From assembly GCA_012295275.1 (NCBI GenBank), contig CM022673.1, forward strand, positions 6,572,001 through 6,636,000: 64,000 nucleotides of DNA, read 5' to 3'. Under the pieces are notes generated by a model. That model had not been told where the DNA came from, searched no databases, and was given only the letters and a program-made list of their open reading frames with translations. Position numbers and translations under genes: made by a program. Of this stretch, positions 13,550-27,990 are shown piece after piece (the first letter of the stretch is position 1; each line of letters starts with the position of its first letter). The DNA is from Chrysomallon squamiferum. Taxonomy: Eukaryota; Animalia; Mollusca.

Positions 13550-14060
13550 TCAATGATGACAGTGGATGATATCTAAGTGACCGCTAGGCTAGATCATCAA
13601 GAATATTTACAATGAAAGTGACCACAAGTTTAAATGACCACTAGTTTGACCATCATGCCCAGTGATGATTAAGTGCTGATGATCATCATGTACAAAGATG
13701 TTTGGAGTAGATGATATTTAACTGACTACCTTGATCATCATGTCCTGTGATAATGAAAGAGGATGATATTTAAGTGACCACTGATTTGAACGTCATGTCC
13801 ACTGACGATTAAGAATAGATGATATTTAAGTGTCTACCAGCTTGGCCATCATCTCCAGTGATAATTAAGAGTAGATGATATTGATGTGACCAATGATTTG
13901 ACCATCATTTCCAGTGATGGTTAAAGAGTAAATGATTTTTAAGAAACCACTACTTTGTCCGGTAATGACAAGAGTAGATGATGTTTAAGTGAATTCTAGC
14001 TTGACCAGTGTGTCCAGTCATGGTCAAGTCAACATGTTTGGATCTCTGATTTGAACGTTA
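13550..14060. repeat. ~56 bp minisatellite, about 8 copies
   Basis: GATGATATT at 13710, 13762, 13818 and 13874. Consensus GATGATATTTAAGTGACCACTGATTTGACCATCATGTCCAGTGATGATTAAGAGTA. Confidence 0.85.
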
Positions 14061-14327
14061 TTTGTAAAGAATACAGCAGTGTATGGCTTGTTGATTGCCT
14101 CGGCTTACAACTTACTGGCAGAGAACATTTTCAATATTCTTATTGATCCAGTAAAGTAAACCAGGCAATTCCAGTAATGAAAATAACCCAGTTTGTCCCT
14201 GCATACAACTGCCACCTGCCTGGAATCCAAGCCTTCGGGCCATTTTCCTCCATCTGTGGATAAAAATAATAAATATCCTGGCTTTTCAAATTGTGTTTGG
14301 AAACCATTCCTTTTTCCTTTAGGATTT

Positions 14328-14367
<40 letters not shown>

Positions 14368-14459
14368 TTACAAATTTTTATTTCAGATCTGATAAAATAT
14401 GACTTTTGCAGAAATCTGATTCTGTTATAAAAGTCTTACTTCCTTCTGAAAATACTTAG

Positions 14460-14830
14460 TATGTATCTTTGTGTGTGTTTGTGCATATGTGTATCTGTGT
14501 ATCTGTGCAGGTATCTACATATGTGTGTATGTATGCACGTTAGTGTATGTATCTGTGTGTGCATGTGTGTTTGTATGTGTGTATGTATGTATGTATATAT
14601 GAATATAAATGTATATGTGTATGTGTGTATATTTATAGTTCTCTGTATTTGGACTAATGTATGTGTATTTGTAAGGGTATATTTATCTGCATACATCTAC
14701 ACATTTATGTATGTATGTATGTATGTGTGCATGCTGTATGCATGAAGTGTGTGTAATGTTTGTCAGTATATGTTTGTGTATGTGTGTTTTACATATGTGT
14801 GTATGTGTATGTATCTGTTTGTCTGCAGAA
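14460..14830. repeat. Degenerate (GT/GTAT)n tract
   Basis: Directly visible. Confidence 0.9.
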
Positions 14831-15476
14831 GTGAGTGTTAGTACAAAACATTTCTCTCTCTGTCTAAATACACCTTACAGTGAATCAGAGGAATTGTTTG
14901 CAGTTGTTATTTCACATTAATCATGCTTGCTTGACTCCAGCTTTACTGCATCTTTTTCTTACCATGGACATCTTTTTTTCTCTCTTTAGTTGTGTGTGTG
15001 TGTGTGTGTGTATCTGCAGGTGCATGTGCATGTGTGCATGCTTGTGTGCATGTGCATGCACAGTGTGATTTTTACATTCCATTTATTCCTGCAAGATGAT
15101 GAGAAAAAAAACAGACACGGCCATTTCCAATCACCTGATGCAAACAGATGTGAAGATTAAGACCAAATATTGATCCTTCGGTTCCATGGCATTCCCTAAT
15201 CTTTAAATAACCACAGATAATAGATTATTAGATATTTTTTTTTTTTTTTTTTTTTAGTTTCTTTACAGTGTGTGTTAAAAAAAAATAAAAAATTTAAAAG
15301 AAAGAAAAAAAGTCTATAATGTGTAATTACACATGTACTTGTGGTTAATTCAGTTCACTGCTGATGATGACAGAAAAAAAGAAGAAAATGAATTAAAAAA
15401 TAAAACATGGCTGTTTGATTTGTTCTTCAGGGAATTTTTTTTTCTTTTCTTTTCTTTTTTTTCCTTTTATTTTTCT

Positions 15477-15510
<34 letters not shown>

Positions 15511-16019
15511 TTTCCCTTATTATTTCTTATTATTTTATATTTTTATGTATTTTTTTTTCATTTCTTTTCTTTTTTTATATACATATTTTTTCTTTTCCTT
15601 TCTTTTTTTTTTTTTTATATAATTTATAAGAAGAAATGATCTGTGTCTAATGCTATCAGCATAAAGATTGTCTTGTACAAGTTTTTTTCTGTTTTAATGC
15701 TTTTCATGATTCAATACTGCATTCCACCACGTATTCAGGAGTTAAAAAAATATATATATAAAAAGAATGACATTGGCAGTAACAAGCAAATCAATGTTAT
15801 TGTTTTTTTCTGTTTAAACATGTCTTTCAGAAAGAAATTTATGTTTTTTTATCTCACAGATATTAGCTTGTAAAATAAAATTTAAATGTATGTAGACATA
15901 TGAGCAGCATGTGTATATTGTTCATTTTTAATACTTAACATTTAACATTGATTTATATTGTTATATTCTGTTCTTATCATCATTATGATAAATGACATCC
16001 AGAAATTGGTTATTGTTTT

Positions 16020-16680
16020 GTTGTGGTGTGTCATTAAACAATCATTAATATCATAAATCTTTTACTGTTTTCTCTTACTCGTCCCCTGTATGTCCTTTGG
16101 TACTGCTAATCAGCTGAATATCTCATTTTCTACTCTGTCACCCTGCTGATCAGATAATTAGCCAGTGTTCTAACAGCTTAATACATTAATAACTAAGTCA
16201 CTAATCCGTGGAACCAGTAATTCGTTAATCCATTCTGGTTATAGATAACGGGACAGTGAAACCTTTTTTTTTCTACTTTTTTATTTTATTTTATTTTATT
16301 TTATTTTATTTATTTATTTATTTATTTATTATTTGTTTAACAGATATTTATGAAAGATTTAACATACGAAGACCATATTTAATAAATAATTACAACATTT
16401 CGCTCGATTGTCGTATTTGTTTCTGTTCAGACATTTTTGTGTTCAAAAGACCACGACACCTAGGAGAGATGTGAAGGATGTAATATTTCCGATGACTGAT
16501 AACATTTCTACGTGTTCATTACTGGCAGGTGGACAGTGAAAGGTAATCCTTTAATGACAGATTCTAACTATCTGACAGGCAGGCAGACATAAAAACTCAT
16601 TTCATTTTTCTCCGATTTGGAGGCCAAGTTTTAATTAACAAAGAGTGCTGCTTGAGCAGATGTGAACTTCTTCAATACAG
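16020..16680. promoter_or_regulatory. Bipartite complex island, candidate enhancer/CNE
   Basis: TAATCAGCTG, CTGTCA, TAATTA, TGACAG x2 and CpGs. Split by a TTTTA tract at 16263-16335. Confidence 0.3.
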
Positions 16681-16801
16681 ATTTTCTAAATGTTTTATGT
16701 GTATTTTGATAATCTCCTTAATATGTCTGATATCTCTTAATAAAAAAATATTAGTTTTTTTTTTTAAAACTTATTCTTGGTAATGGTTTCTTGCTATTGT
16801 C

Positions 16802-16807
<6 letters not shown>

Positions 16808-16855
<48 letters not shown>

Positions 16856-17172
16856 TGTGTGTGCATGTGTGCATATTACTAATCTTAATAGTATATGTTA
16901 AGAAAAGAGAAACAAAAAAGAAGAAAGAGAGGAAGAAGGCAGAATAAAAAGACGAAGATGAAAGGATAGAGAAAAGGAAAGCTAAGGAAAGTGGAAGAAA
17001 GAGATGAGTCAGAAAAGGATGAAGTGAGACAATAAAACCAAAAAGCTATATAATGCAGATATCCATGCATATAATCTGTTTGTAAATTTTTATTCTTCAT
17101 TTTCTTATTTCATATCTTTTTCTTCTGCTTTACATACCACTAACATTTACATCTTGTCTTTCTTTTCTACAT

Positions 17173-17258
<86 letters not shown>
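16808..17258. repeat. (GT)n, purine-rich tract, (CT)n(CA)n compound microsatellite
   Basis: Directly visible. Confidence 0.95.
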
Positions 17259-18182
17259 GACTCTCATGACTTTATCACAGACAGACAAACATATAACTGC
17301 TACATTGATAACAGCTTGTTTCGTCTATCCCAAAGGATGCGATGGCGACACAGAGATGGTTATGTCATGCATATTATTGGCTAATTACCAAGTGCATCAT
17401 TTCTCCCATGGCTTTGTATAGCGAGGTTTACTACAGCCGTACATTTCAATAAGCTGTTTGAATAATGACTGTAGTGTCTGAACAACAAGTTTGTTCTGTA
17501 TTCCATATGGAATTTTATTTCATTTTTTTTTTTATTTTTTTAATTTTTTTTTTTAAATTTTAATATAATGCACATATTTGTAAATTATATTTGTAATAGG
17601 TATCTGTAGATAAAGATAAAGCAACTTTGTATATGTATCTTTTTTTTTTTTCTCTCTCTCTCTCTTTTTTTTTGCATCTCAGATATACAGCTTGTTTTAT
17701 AGCTGATAACAAAACAAAATTTCAGTATTTCCTTGAATTATAATTCTGTATTTTAAAAGATAACAGTACAATGTGTTCTTTTTTGTCTCTTTGTTTTTTT
17801 ACCCTCAACGTTTGTTTAGTGTTTAGGGCATCTTAATGTCCAAAATAATTCAGAAAATAAACATATTTTCAGAAATCCAATAAAATTTTCCATTCATTTG
17901 TTTGTCTGTTTCAGAATAGAATAATATATTCTGAGAACTAATATAAGTCTCTTTATTTGTGATGTTCATGTATATTTTATGTATATTATATACCTTTGTA
18001 TCTCAGTGTGTATTTTTCCCAGGTAATCTTTCCCAGATAAAAGTAAATATTAGTTTGAAGAAAGTACACAGTGTAACCATATTTTTTTAGTTGCTGTTTT
18101 CTAATGTAAATAGCAGAGATCATTTGGTATAGTAGGTGGATTTTTTTCTCTTTGTACAGATTGGAAATCTGTGTGGGTGTGG

Positions 18183-18186
<4 letters not shown>

Positions 18187-18245
<59 letters not shown>
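18187..18245. repeat. (GT)n microsatellite
   Basis: Directly visible. Confidence 0.95.
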
Positions 18246-18246
<1 letters not shown>

Positions 18247-18753
18247 TTGGGTATCTATTTCTACACGTTTATGTGTACTGGTTATTATTTTTATGAGTTT
18301 ATGGTCTGTCTGTGTGTGTGTGTGTGCATTTTTGAAATTATAGGCATGTAATGATCATGTATATATTTGTAAATACACATGCTTATACACCTTTATAACA
18401 GTTTAATTGTAGATTTGCACACTTACTATATATATATATATATGTGTGTGTGTGGAACATATATGATCATGGTTCTGTTGTAAGTACTTACTTATTTCAT
18501 TATCATTTTTAATTTCTCTGTGACATTTCATTTCTTATACATCAGTCGTTTGTGTTCAGAAAAATCTTCATTTTCAATTTTTAATAGTTAAAAATTAACA
18601 ACACATTTGACCTCGGAGACACAAAGAAGCTGAACAGAAGATGTCAAGATAAGATAAACAGTGCAATCTCAGTTAAATTATCTCTCCATCTTAATCATAA
18701 AATCGACTCATTAAGCTTTCTGTGTGGGAAATGGCCTATTGTGAGTTGTTTCA

Positions 18754-18792
18754 TGACCTTTTAACCTTGAGGTCATGGGTCAAATGATGTCA
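18754..18792. promoter_or_regulatory. Cluster of four nuclear-receptor half sites plus a CRE-like site
   Basis: TGACCT-TT-TAACCT-TG-AGGTCA-T-GGGTCA (a DR2 on the minus strand and a DR1 on the plus strand), followed by TGATGTCA. Confidence 0.4.
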
Positions 18793-19542
18793 TCAGATAC
18801 TTTATTTTGCAGTTTTATTTATTTTTTTGGCTTCTTTTTTATTCTTTAATTTTTTTTATTTTTTTTTTTTTTTTTCCAATTTCAGTGGGAAGTTTTTTTT
18901 TTTTTTAATGTAAATCCTTAGGTTTTTTTTTTTTTTAATATATATATTTTTTATATCCTTCCTGGTCTTTTCTTTCTTTTCAAATTTTTCTTTTCTTATT
19001 TCTTTTTGGATTTTTATTTATTTTTTCATGTTCTTGCTCCAGAAATGACTTCTGAAGCCTTTAATAATGGACCAGAGATCATTTTAATCCAGGGCGACAA
19101 TTTTGAGGAATTTAGCATTGACAGTTTTCGTAGATCGGCCAGATTTTGTGTTGGAAATTAGAATTTTCACAGTCTTTTTCAAAGTTCCTTTCCCTGGGGC
19201 AAAAGTATTGTGAACATATCCATGGGTTCATTGATAGAGGCCTTCAAAGGGTTCTCTGATGTAATGAAACATTTTGTATGAAGAAATGAAATGTGTGATT
19301 TTTTCTTTTTTTTTCTTCTGTTTGTATTAACGTTCTTTGTTTGGTTGTCATTATTTCATTTTGTGTTGATTTTTTTTTCTTTCTAATTTGCTGTTGTGCT
19401 TGTAAATTTACATTTTGGTATATTTATTTAACAATTTTAAATATTTAGCTGTTCAAAAAATAGAGAAAAAAAAACAACACTTTTTAAAATGGTATTAGTT
19501 ATTACATTTTGAAGTTGCCAACTGATAGAATCAGTTTAACAT

Positions 19543-19592
19543 TTTGGCACATATTGGCACATATTGGCACATTTTTGGCAGTATTTTGGCAT
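19543..19592. repeat. 10 bp repeat (TATTGGCACA) x5
   Basis: Directly visible. Confidence 0.85.
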
Positions 19593-20059
19593 ACTCAATA
19601 CATCTTAAAAATCTTCAGCAATTTTATCAGTACAATACAGCTTTGATAAGAATGTATATATATATATATAAAAAAAAAAAAAAAAAAAAATAGTGTAAAA
19701 ACTGAAAAACACAAAATTGAAAATTGCTCAGATCCAGATCAGGACTTATAAATTGTTCAGCAGTGATGACAGACACTGACTTGGTGTTCCTCTCATTGAA
19801 GCTGGTCACAAATTGCTGATTTCCTTCTGTCACTGCCTCGTGGGTCTTTTTCACTGAGAAACGATTTGGGTAAATCATATAAATGTGCCAATAATGAACA
19901 GCCCTGTAATTTGTAGAGGTTACAGCAAGAAATGTAGAATCCATGCCAGCCATTTATTATAAGAGAAATCCCTGTAATTTTGTAGTTTGATAAAATACTA
20001 GGAAATTTTATCTGCTTTACTTTGTATGTAATTTCGGCTTCAGATGAAATTCAGTTATA

Positions 20060-20295
20060 GTTGTAACTGTAGTGGTAACAATGGTAGTAGTGATAGCACC
20101 AGAAACAGCAGTAGTAGTAGTGATAGTAGCAGTAATATTAGTCATAGTAGTATAGTAGCAGTTGTAGTAGTAGCTGTAGTAGCAATAGTAATAACAGTAG
20201 CAATGACAATTGTAATAATTGTGACCTTAGTGATAGTAGCAATAATATTAATAGTAGCAATGGCAGTAGCAGTAATAATGAAAGCAGTAATAGCA
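20060..20295. repeat. Degenerate (AGT/AGC/AAT)n trinucleotide tract
   Basis: Source of the S/V/A/I-rich ORF 20044-20334. Confidence 0.85.
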
Positions 20296-20899
20296 AAAAG
20301 AAATAGAAAAAATAAGAAATATCTTAGGTATTGATTAAATTGTTTATAATGATCATACAAAAAATATTTTATAAAATATGCAGCTATCAAAACAGTTTCT
20401 CATTTAAACAAAATAAATTGCATTTAACTATCGTTTTCAAAATGAATCAGAAAAAAAGAAAAAGAAATCAACAAAGATTATTTGCTGTTAATGCAACAGA
20501 TAGCTAATCAACTTGACTTTTTTCTCTCCTCTTTTTTTTTATTTTTTTTTTTTTTGGTTATTTTCTATTCCCAGTTAATTTGTTTTTTATTTATTCACTT
20601 TTAATTGCATTTTCTGCTTTCCAAGTCAAATCTCTATTAACGGCTTGGCTGTGATCCCAACATTCTGTGTTGAAATGGTGATTCACCACCACTGGTAGTT
20701 GTGGTGGTCATCCAGGGAAAAAGAGAAGAAAGAGGAAAAAAAAAAAAAAAAAATTGAAAAAGCATTAGAAGTCTATTGCCTGTTTAATCTGACTAACATT
20801 GAATGAAATTAGAAAGCGGAGACAGAGAAATGAGGTACTGCTTCCCGCACTACAAACCATCGTTTTCAAACTGTGCAACAGGATGATCGAATTTCCACT

Positions 20900-20990
20900 C
20901 TGCCCCATCACATTTTAAGATTGCCCCATTGCATTTTAAGATTGCCCCGTCATCGCATTTGAAGACTGTCCCCATTAGTCAAGATTGCCT
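20900..20990. repeat. 21 bp tandem repeat (TGCCCCATCGCATTTTAAGAT) x3-4
   Basis: Directly visible inside the complex island 20600-21280. Confidence 0.85.
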
Positions 20991-21528
20991 AACAAGTGAC
21001 AATGATGGAGGAGGGATAGACGACAATGGTTTTCGAGGAAACGGTCACCATATTTTTCGCTTGTGACATTACGCAGAGCTGGGCCAGAAATATTGTTAAC
21101 TAATGACAGGAACAGAGAGAAACGTTAAATTATTCAGTCTGTCACTGCTCAGTGCTGACATTCGGAGTAGTGCAGGAAAGAGTTAGGGGAGTTTGTCTTG
21201 TGACAGTGATAAAACGCGGCCAGATGGGTTGGCATGATTCACAGTCTGCTCTAATCCACCTGTCTGTGCAAAACATAATCTGGAGAGAGAGAGAGAGAGC
21301 AAGTGAGTGAGAGAGAAAGAAAGAGAGAAAAGATTATGAAAAAGAAATGTGAAAATAATTTAGGGGAGAGAAAGAAAAAAAAAAAAAAAAATGGAGGCTG
21401 GAAAGTGACAGAGAGAAACATCAAGATATAATTTAGTTTTTTTTTTTATTCTTGATGCAGTCTGATTTCATTGCATATTGTTGATTCAATAAGAAAATCT
21501 GTTTTACGTTAGGAGCAGTTGCATTCCA

Positions 21529-21604
21529 GTATCACTTGTTGTAAATAGTACAAATAGATTTTCACATATCACTTGTAACAAATACTACAAATAGATTTTC
21601 ACAT
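21529..21604. repeat. ~38 bp tandem duplication
   Basis: TATCACTTGT...ACAAATAGATTTTCACA occurs twice. Confidence 0.9.
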
Positions 21605-22210
21605 GTCTTTATTTTTATCATCTATTCTGATAAGAAAACAAACAAAACTGAAGCAGAATGATTGATGCCCATTTTCCTCAAGAAGTATTTTCACTTTGTT
21701 AATCTGCTTCCCTCACACAACTTGTATGTGCATGCTGTATCATAATGTTACCATGCCTATCTCAAATAATTGCCATAGACACGCTTATATCAGATACATG
21801 TCAATTTTGCATAATTGCCACAGGTATCCCTGTATCATATAATCACCAAATGCCTGTATCGTACAATTGCAGAATGCCTCTGTCAGAAAGACATGCAGTT
21901 CAAGAAGCTACAAGTCTGCTTCTCGCATACAATAACTTCATTGAAATTCTTACCTAGTCTTGTGTTTTATTTCATACCTTTGAGACTTGGTTATTGGATT
22001 TTTAAATTTTTAATTTTTTCTAAATGTCAGGGTATCTATTGTGTTCTGGTTTGGTGTAGGAAATGAGCAGTCCTGCCTTTGTTGTGCTAGTGTTTGTTGC
22101 CACGTCTCTGGAGATTTGCAAATGAAAACGTCTGTATCTTTCATTTTCTTATCTTAACTCATTTTTATTTGCCGTTTTTTTTTCTTTCTGTTTTACCTTT
22201 TTCTGTACAG

Positions 22211-22250
22211 TCTCTCAATTCCTGTTGTCAAAGCATTATTAATTTAGTAG
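22211..22250 (+). other. Candidate 40-nt spliced exon of an unidentified + strand transcript
   Basis: Branch-like CTTAAC ~22153, a ~35-nt pyrimidine tract ending TGTACAG|, and a consensus donor AG|GTAAGT at 22249-22256. One open frame (SLNSCCQSIINLV). Confidence 0.5.
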
Positions 22251-24504
22251 GTAAGTATATAAATTTTACACAAGAATATTTCTTCATTCTTTTTTTCTTT
22301 TTTTTCTTTTTCTTTTTTTTTTTTTTTTCCCCTTAGAGTCCAAAGCTTTTATGCTTTGTTAGATGAATGAAATTTTTTTTTATTGGTAATGTCAGGATAT
22401 TGTAAATGTACAGACAAATGAAAATTATTTTCAAAAATAAAAGGAGAATCTGTTTCTTTCATTATTTTATCAGTCAAATATACAATTACTATTTATTTTG
22501 AGCTTCCAGTCTTTAAAAAAAAGTTCATTTTCCTATAAAGACTGTATCAGAAGTACTCAAATGTTTGTCATCCATTGCCAATAGTAAAAATTAATAAGTG
22601 TATTCTTATTATGTCTTAAAGCAGAACAAACATAACCAGAAATGTATGTTTATATACACTTACTTACATACATACATATAAAAGAATGAGACAGAGAAAG
22701 AAGGAAGATGAAACAAAAATGAAAGACAGACATAGAGAGAAAGAAAGAGAAAGAGACAGACAGACAAATACAGAGACAGAGAGAGAGAGAGATGCAAACG
22801 ATAAAGAAATAGAATTAGATTTCAGTCCATTAAACCTTTCATCACAACACAAGATCTGGAACAGGTTCTAAAATTTCGAAACATACCACAAAGTGAAGGT
22901 ATTAATGTCTACAGTAATGACATTTATAGAAGTGTATCGTGTTTTTATTACTCCGAAACGACAGTACTCACTTTTACAGATATGATTTTTCTTTGTGTAT
23001 CCCTCTCTGATGGCTTCTGATGGTGTTTTTGGCGGCTGATACCATAATCCATATTTTACTGAAATTACAAGAAACAGAAAATTAATATCAAATAAAGACT
23101 GGAGTGAAAAGACATGTCATCTGATTGTTATTAAATTTCATATATTTTTAAAGCAATTTTAGAACATACAGAGTCATATCTGATACAAAATTTAATATAA
23201 CACCATTCCTATACAAAACCGTCATCACAATCTCTTGTCTTTCATGATAGTTTATTTGTCCATACATTTTTATTATTTTTTTTTTTTTTTTAGCCTTTCT
23301 GATCAACAGACAGGCAAACACCCACTCAAAATAAAACAATACTGTTCTGACTTTGTTCCTGTTTGACTCATACTTTTGTATTATCATATTTGTAATTTAT
23401 AAATTAAAATTATTAATGTAATTTTTCGGTTTGTTGTTGTTGTTTTTTTCATAATTTATTATTATTATTAGTTGTAGGTTCATCATCATCATAATCATCA
23501 TTATTTGTCATTGTGTTGGTTTGTTTCAAAACAAAAAAGTAGAAACAAATTTTTTCTTTTTTTAATTTTAAAAAGAAATCTTTTTTTGTGATTGAATTAT
23601 TTTTCTTATTAGATTATTCAAAAAGTAATAATGCTAAAAATTATACAAAAATTAAATAAAAATAAAAGTAAAAGTAACAATTGATAGTCAAATTAAATAA
23701 ATAAAATACAAATAAATTTAAAAAAAATAAAAGTTCATAAAGACAGTTTTATAATATATAAGCAATGATAAATCTAAGAATTATTTTCAAAATTAAAAAA
23801 AATGTAAAAAAAAAAAAAAAAAAATGAAAATCAGTGTGAATTGGTTTGAAAAGGTTAACAAAATAAAACAATTTCAAACACAAAAATAAAAAAAAAATGT
23901 AAAAAGATAAATGAAAAATGATATTATATAATAACCTAAATATGTAAAAAAAAAAAAAAAAAAAATAAAATAAAATAAAATAAATAAAATATTTTATGAA
24001 GAAATCTAAATAGGTTAAGAAAAAGAAAAAAGAACCTCTAAAAAAAAAATTCAAAAAAAAATTTAGAAAATTAAAAAAAAAAATAATAATAATAAAATAA
24101 TAAAAACGATATTAGTAGCACAAGTCTTTTACTTGTTTATTACCATCACATTACCATTCACATACGAAATGCTCTGACGCTAAATAACTGACTTGATGCG
24201 GTATTGATAGATCATAGCAACTTGATAGATTCTGACTTCGATTGAGAATGTGGCAATGCTCGTTGTGCATTATGGATTCAGCTAATTTTTACTACTAACA
24301 GGTCGATTTTGTGTGTACTGACAATGGATTTTTCGACTTCTATGTGTAAATACTTGCGTAATTTGTTTCCTAGTCCAGGCTGCATGGTAAATGTTTGCCA
24401 AATGAGATATATCTTGACTGTTATTTTATTGTCATTTTTGTATCATTGAGTGAATATGTTTATTATAATTATTTTTTTTTAAATTTGTACTTTCAGGGGG
24501 GTAT

Positions 24505-24607
<103 letters not shown>

Positions 24608-25080
24608 TACAAACTTACTAAAATATTTACTTTTATTTAAAAACTTCTAAAATAGTCACATAGTTATTTATTTTAGAAATAAGGGACATGTATATTTTTA
24701 TAAGTCTTAAAAATAACTATAATGTTTTTAAAAATTAAAAAAAGGAAAAAAAAAATACAGCCCACAAAACCCCCTGTTACTAATAAATTATATGACACTA
24801 GAGCATAAGGTAATTTTAATAAATAATGGTGCAATGTAATAAATTAAAACCCATAACAACCAATGATAGTATGGAATCAGTTAGTGCATATAAATTAGTT
24901 ACCTGACAAAGCAGGTTTGTTTTATTTTGCCATTTGGTACTAAAACTTTGAAACAGTAAATTACACAAATTTGATAAAAGCATTTTGTGTTTAATGTGAG
25001 TTGTTTTATAGATTTTAATTTTTTTTTTTAATTTTTTTTTTTTAAATCTAATATTGTTAAGCTATATTTTCAGTTAAGAA

Positions 25081-25127
<47 letters not shown>

Positions 25128-25717
25128 AAAAAAAAATTTTGTATTTATTTATTCATTAATTTAAATATATTTATTTATTTATTTATTTATTTTTTTGTTT
25201 TTTTGTTGTTTTTCTAACTCTTAATAGTCATTCTTTCAACTCATTTTTGTATATTTTCATTACTAAATGAAGCTCTACAAATGTTTAGCAGATTCAGTGA
25301 TTCATAAAACCATCTGAGCATGTTTAATATTTATCTGTAGAACTGTTTACAATATACCTAATTACCCTTGACATGAGCACATGTATACAAATTAAAAAAC
25401 AAGACACACATGTGTACATTGGAAACACAGATTTCTTGACTTACCCATCAAGCAGATTACAATTTTTTATTTTTTATTATTAAATTTTTTTATCATTGCA
25501 TACAGACATATAATGATATATATACAATCGTTTTATTAATTTTTTTCTTTATGTTTGTATTAAGTATATATGTGTGTTTGTCTGAATATATGTATGTATA
25601 TGTGGGGGTCTTGGTCTGTTCATGCCTGTCTTTCTGTCAATAGCGTTTTTTTTTATAAATTTATCTTTCTTACCACTGTTTTTGTCTTTCAATTTATCTC
25701 TCTTACTCTGAGTGTAT

Positions 25718-25759
<42 letters not shown>

Positions 25760-26464
25760 GTGTGTGGGTGGGTGGGTGTATTTGTTTGTATACAAGGGCA
25801 TTACAGGGTGTTTGGTTTTATATGCATGTTCTACTCAAATTTTAAAGATTTAAAAAAATATATATCAACACATAAAAATTTCCATTTTTCCAGATAATTT
25901 CACACAAGATTCCCAGAAGTATATAAAACTCACATAAAACATTACAGACTCAAAAACTGTACCTTACGCGTAACAGTCTGTTTAGAAAAACATCAATGTC
26001 ACATGACTTTTAATACATTTAAACTTAGGTTACGCAACACTAAAAAGCTACTGAAATGTTTATGACTATTCCCAGAATGGATATTGGTTTACCTTCTCTA
26101 ATGAATCTGGTTGTTAATTTGTAGTAATTGTTGCATAAAACCACTGTGAACAGATAACATGCTGGATTCCAGTGAAATATATTTAAGTGTTTTGAAAGAC
26201 AAATATTTCTGTTATTGTTGAAATTTTGTCTTAATTAAGGCTACATTTTTTGAATATTCAAATTTTTTTTTTTTCATTGGTATTTGAAGAAAATATTACA
26301 TATTTTTAAACCAACATTTATAATAATCATCTGTCTGTTTATTTATCTCTCTTTCTTTCTCTCCTTTTCTCTTTTTTTCTCTGTCCTTCTCTTTCTCTTT
26401 TTGACATAAGCAGTCTTTATTTTTATCATTTTCTTCTTTTTCACAAGACACATTTATACCCTGA

Positions 26465-26486
26465 ACACACACACACACGAATACAT

Positions 26487-26551
<65 letters not shown>

Positions 26552-26570
26552 CACACATGGACACACACAT
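26465..26570. repeat. (CA)n microsatellite
   Basis: Directly visible. Source of ORF 26296-26724. Confidence 0.95.
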
Positions 26571-27511
26571 GTCTATTAAAAGTTTCATGGCTGCAGCTAA
26601 ATGACATATCAGTTTCTGCCAATGATTTTATGTTCACATTTATAACTCTACCAGGGTATATAAATATGAAATAAATCTGCAGAGCCCATACATACCACTT
26701 TGATAATAAACATGTTATAATCACTTAATGGATCATAAAAGCATTTCATGCACTCAGCATGATAAAATACACACCAACTGTCTGATATATTACCTCTTAT
26801 AATTAGTGTCTGTGTACATGTATGTGTGTGAGTGTGTGTGTGTGTATATATATATATTTGTGTGTCTGTATGTTTATGTATGCTTATATTTGTGTCTGTA
26901 TGTGTGTGCATGTGTGTGTTTATAATTTGTATATGTTCCAATACATAAATATGCATTCCTGCATTATTTTCTTTCTTTATTATTCATTTCTACATAATTT
27001 AATTTTAATTTCAATTTAAAATTTTAAAGATTTAAGATTTTAAATTTTGTTTAAGGGTAAAAAAAAAAAAAAACATACCTTTTTATTGTTATAGAGAACA
27101 TACTTTAAATATCTTGACAGCCAAACTGATTTTATTTTTTAAAATAGCTTTTGAACTTTACAATTTGAAATTGATGTATCCTTTATTTATGGATCAAACT
27201 ATAAGTGATATTATTTCATTTGTACAAAAGTGGCTTTGGAAATCTCTGTATCATATATGACTTCAACATAAAATTCACCGTCACTTTTATTTAAAGACTG
27301 TCAGATGAAAATGGATTGTTTTGCCCACCCATATTTCTTTTTCCCTTCTTTGTGTGTCGTACCTTAATAACCCTTTGATTGGCATTCAGAAGAAAGCCAT
27401 AAACATGATTTCTTTAATCTTTAATTTTTATTGGCCTCCAGGGAGAATGATTTTTCTCGTCTTCTGCAGTTCATTTCCTATTCATTTCTCCGAGTTGGCA
27501 GTACTTAGTTT

Positions 27512-27990
27512 TTGAATCACCACCAGCTACTGATACTGCCATGATACTTTGAAGTGAAACCAAAACCAAGACCAAAACCAGTTTTGGATGATGTTGAATA
27601 ATAAGTTACACAGGAAGCTTTTTAATAAAACAGCAGAACATTCAAAATACAAAACACCAGGCCTGCCGTGATACTTTGATATTAAACTGAAACCAGTTTG
27701 GGATATTGTTGAATACTAAGTGAGATGAATAATTACTGAGAATTTAAAATGAGAGTTAATTTTCGAAATACAGAAAGGTGATATTTGATTCACCACTAGC
27801 TGCTGTTGTAGTTAGGATTCTTTGAAATGAAACCGAAACTGGTTTTTGATAATACTAAATGACTGGGGAGAAAAGGAAACTTTCCATGGTGGTTTTTTTA
27901 AAAATATTGAAGAAGGAAACTTCTGAATAATAAAAGTAGTCTTTGAATCTCTGAAGACTGAAACTGAAACTGGTTTCTGGTGATAAAGAA
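27512..27990. repeat. Decayed ~140 bp tandem repeat, about 4 copies
   Basis: GATACTTTGA..TGAAAC(C/T)GAAAC(C/T)(A/G)GTTT-type words at ~27543, 27669, 27816 and 27940. CACCAC(C/T)AGCT at ~27521 and 27791. Confidence 0.7.
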
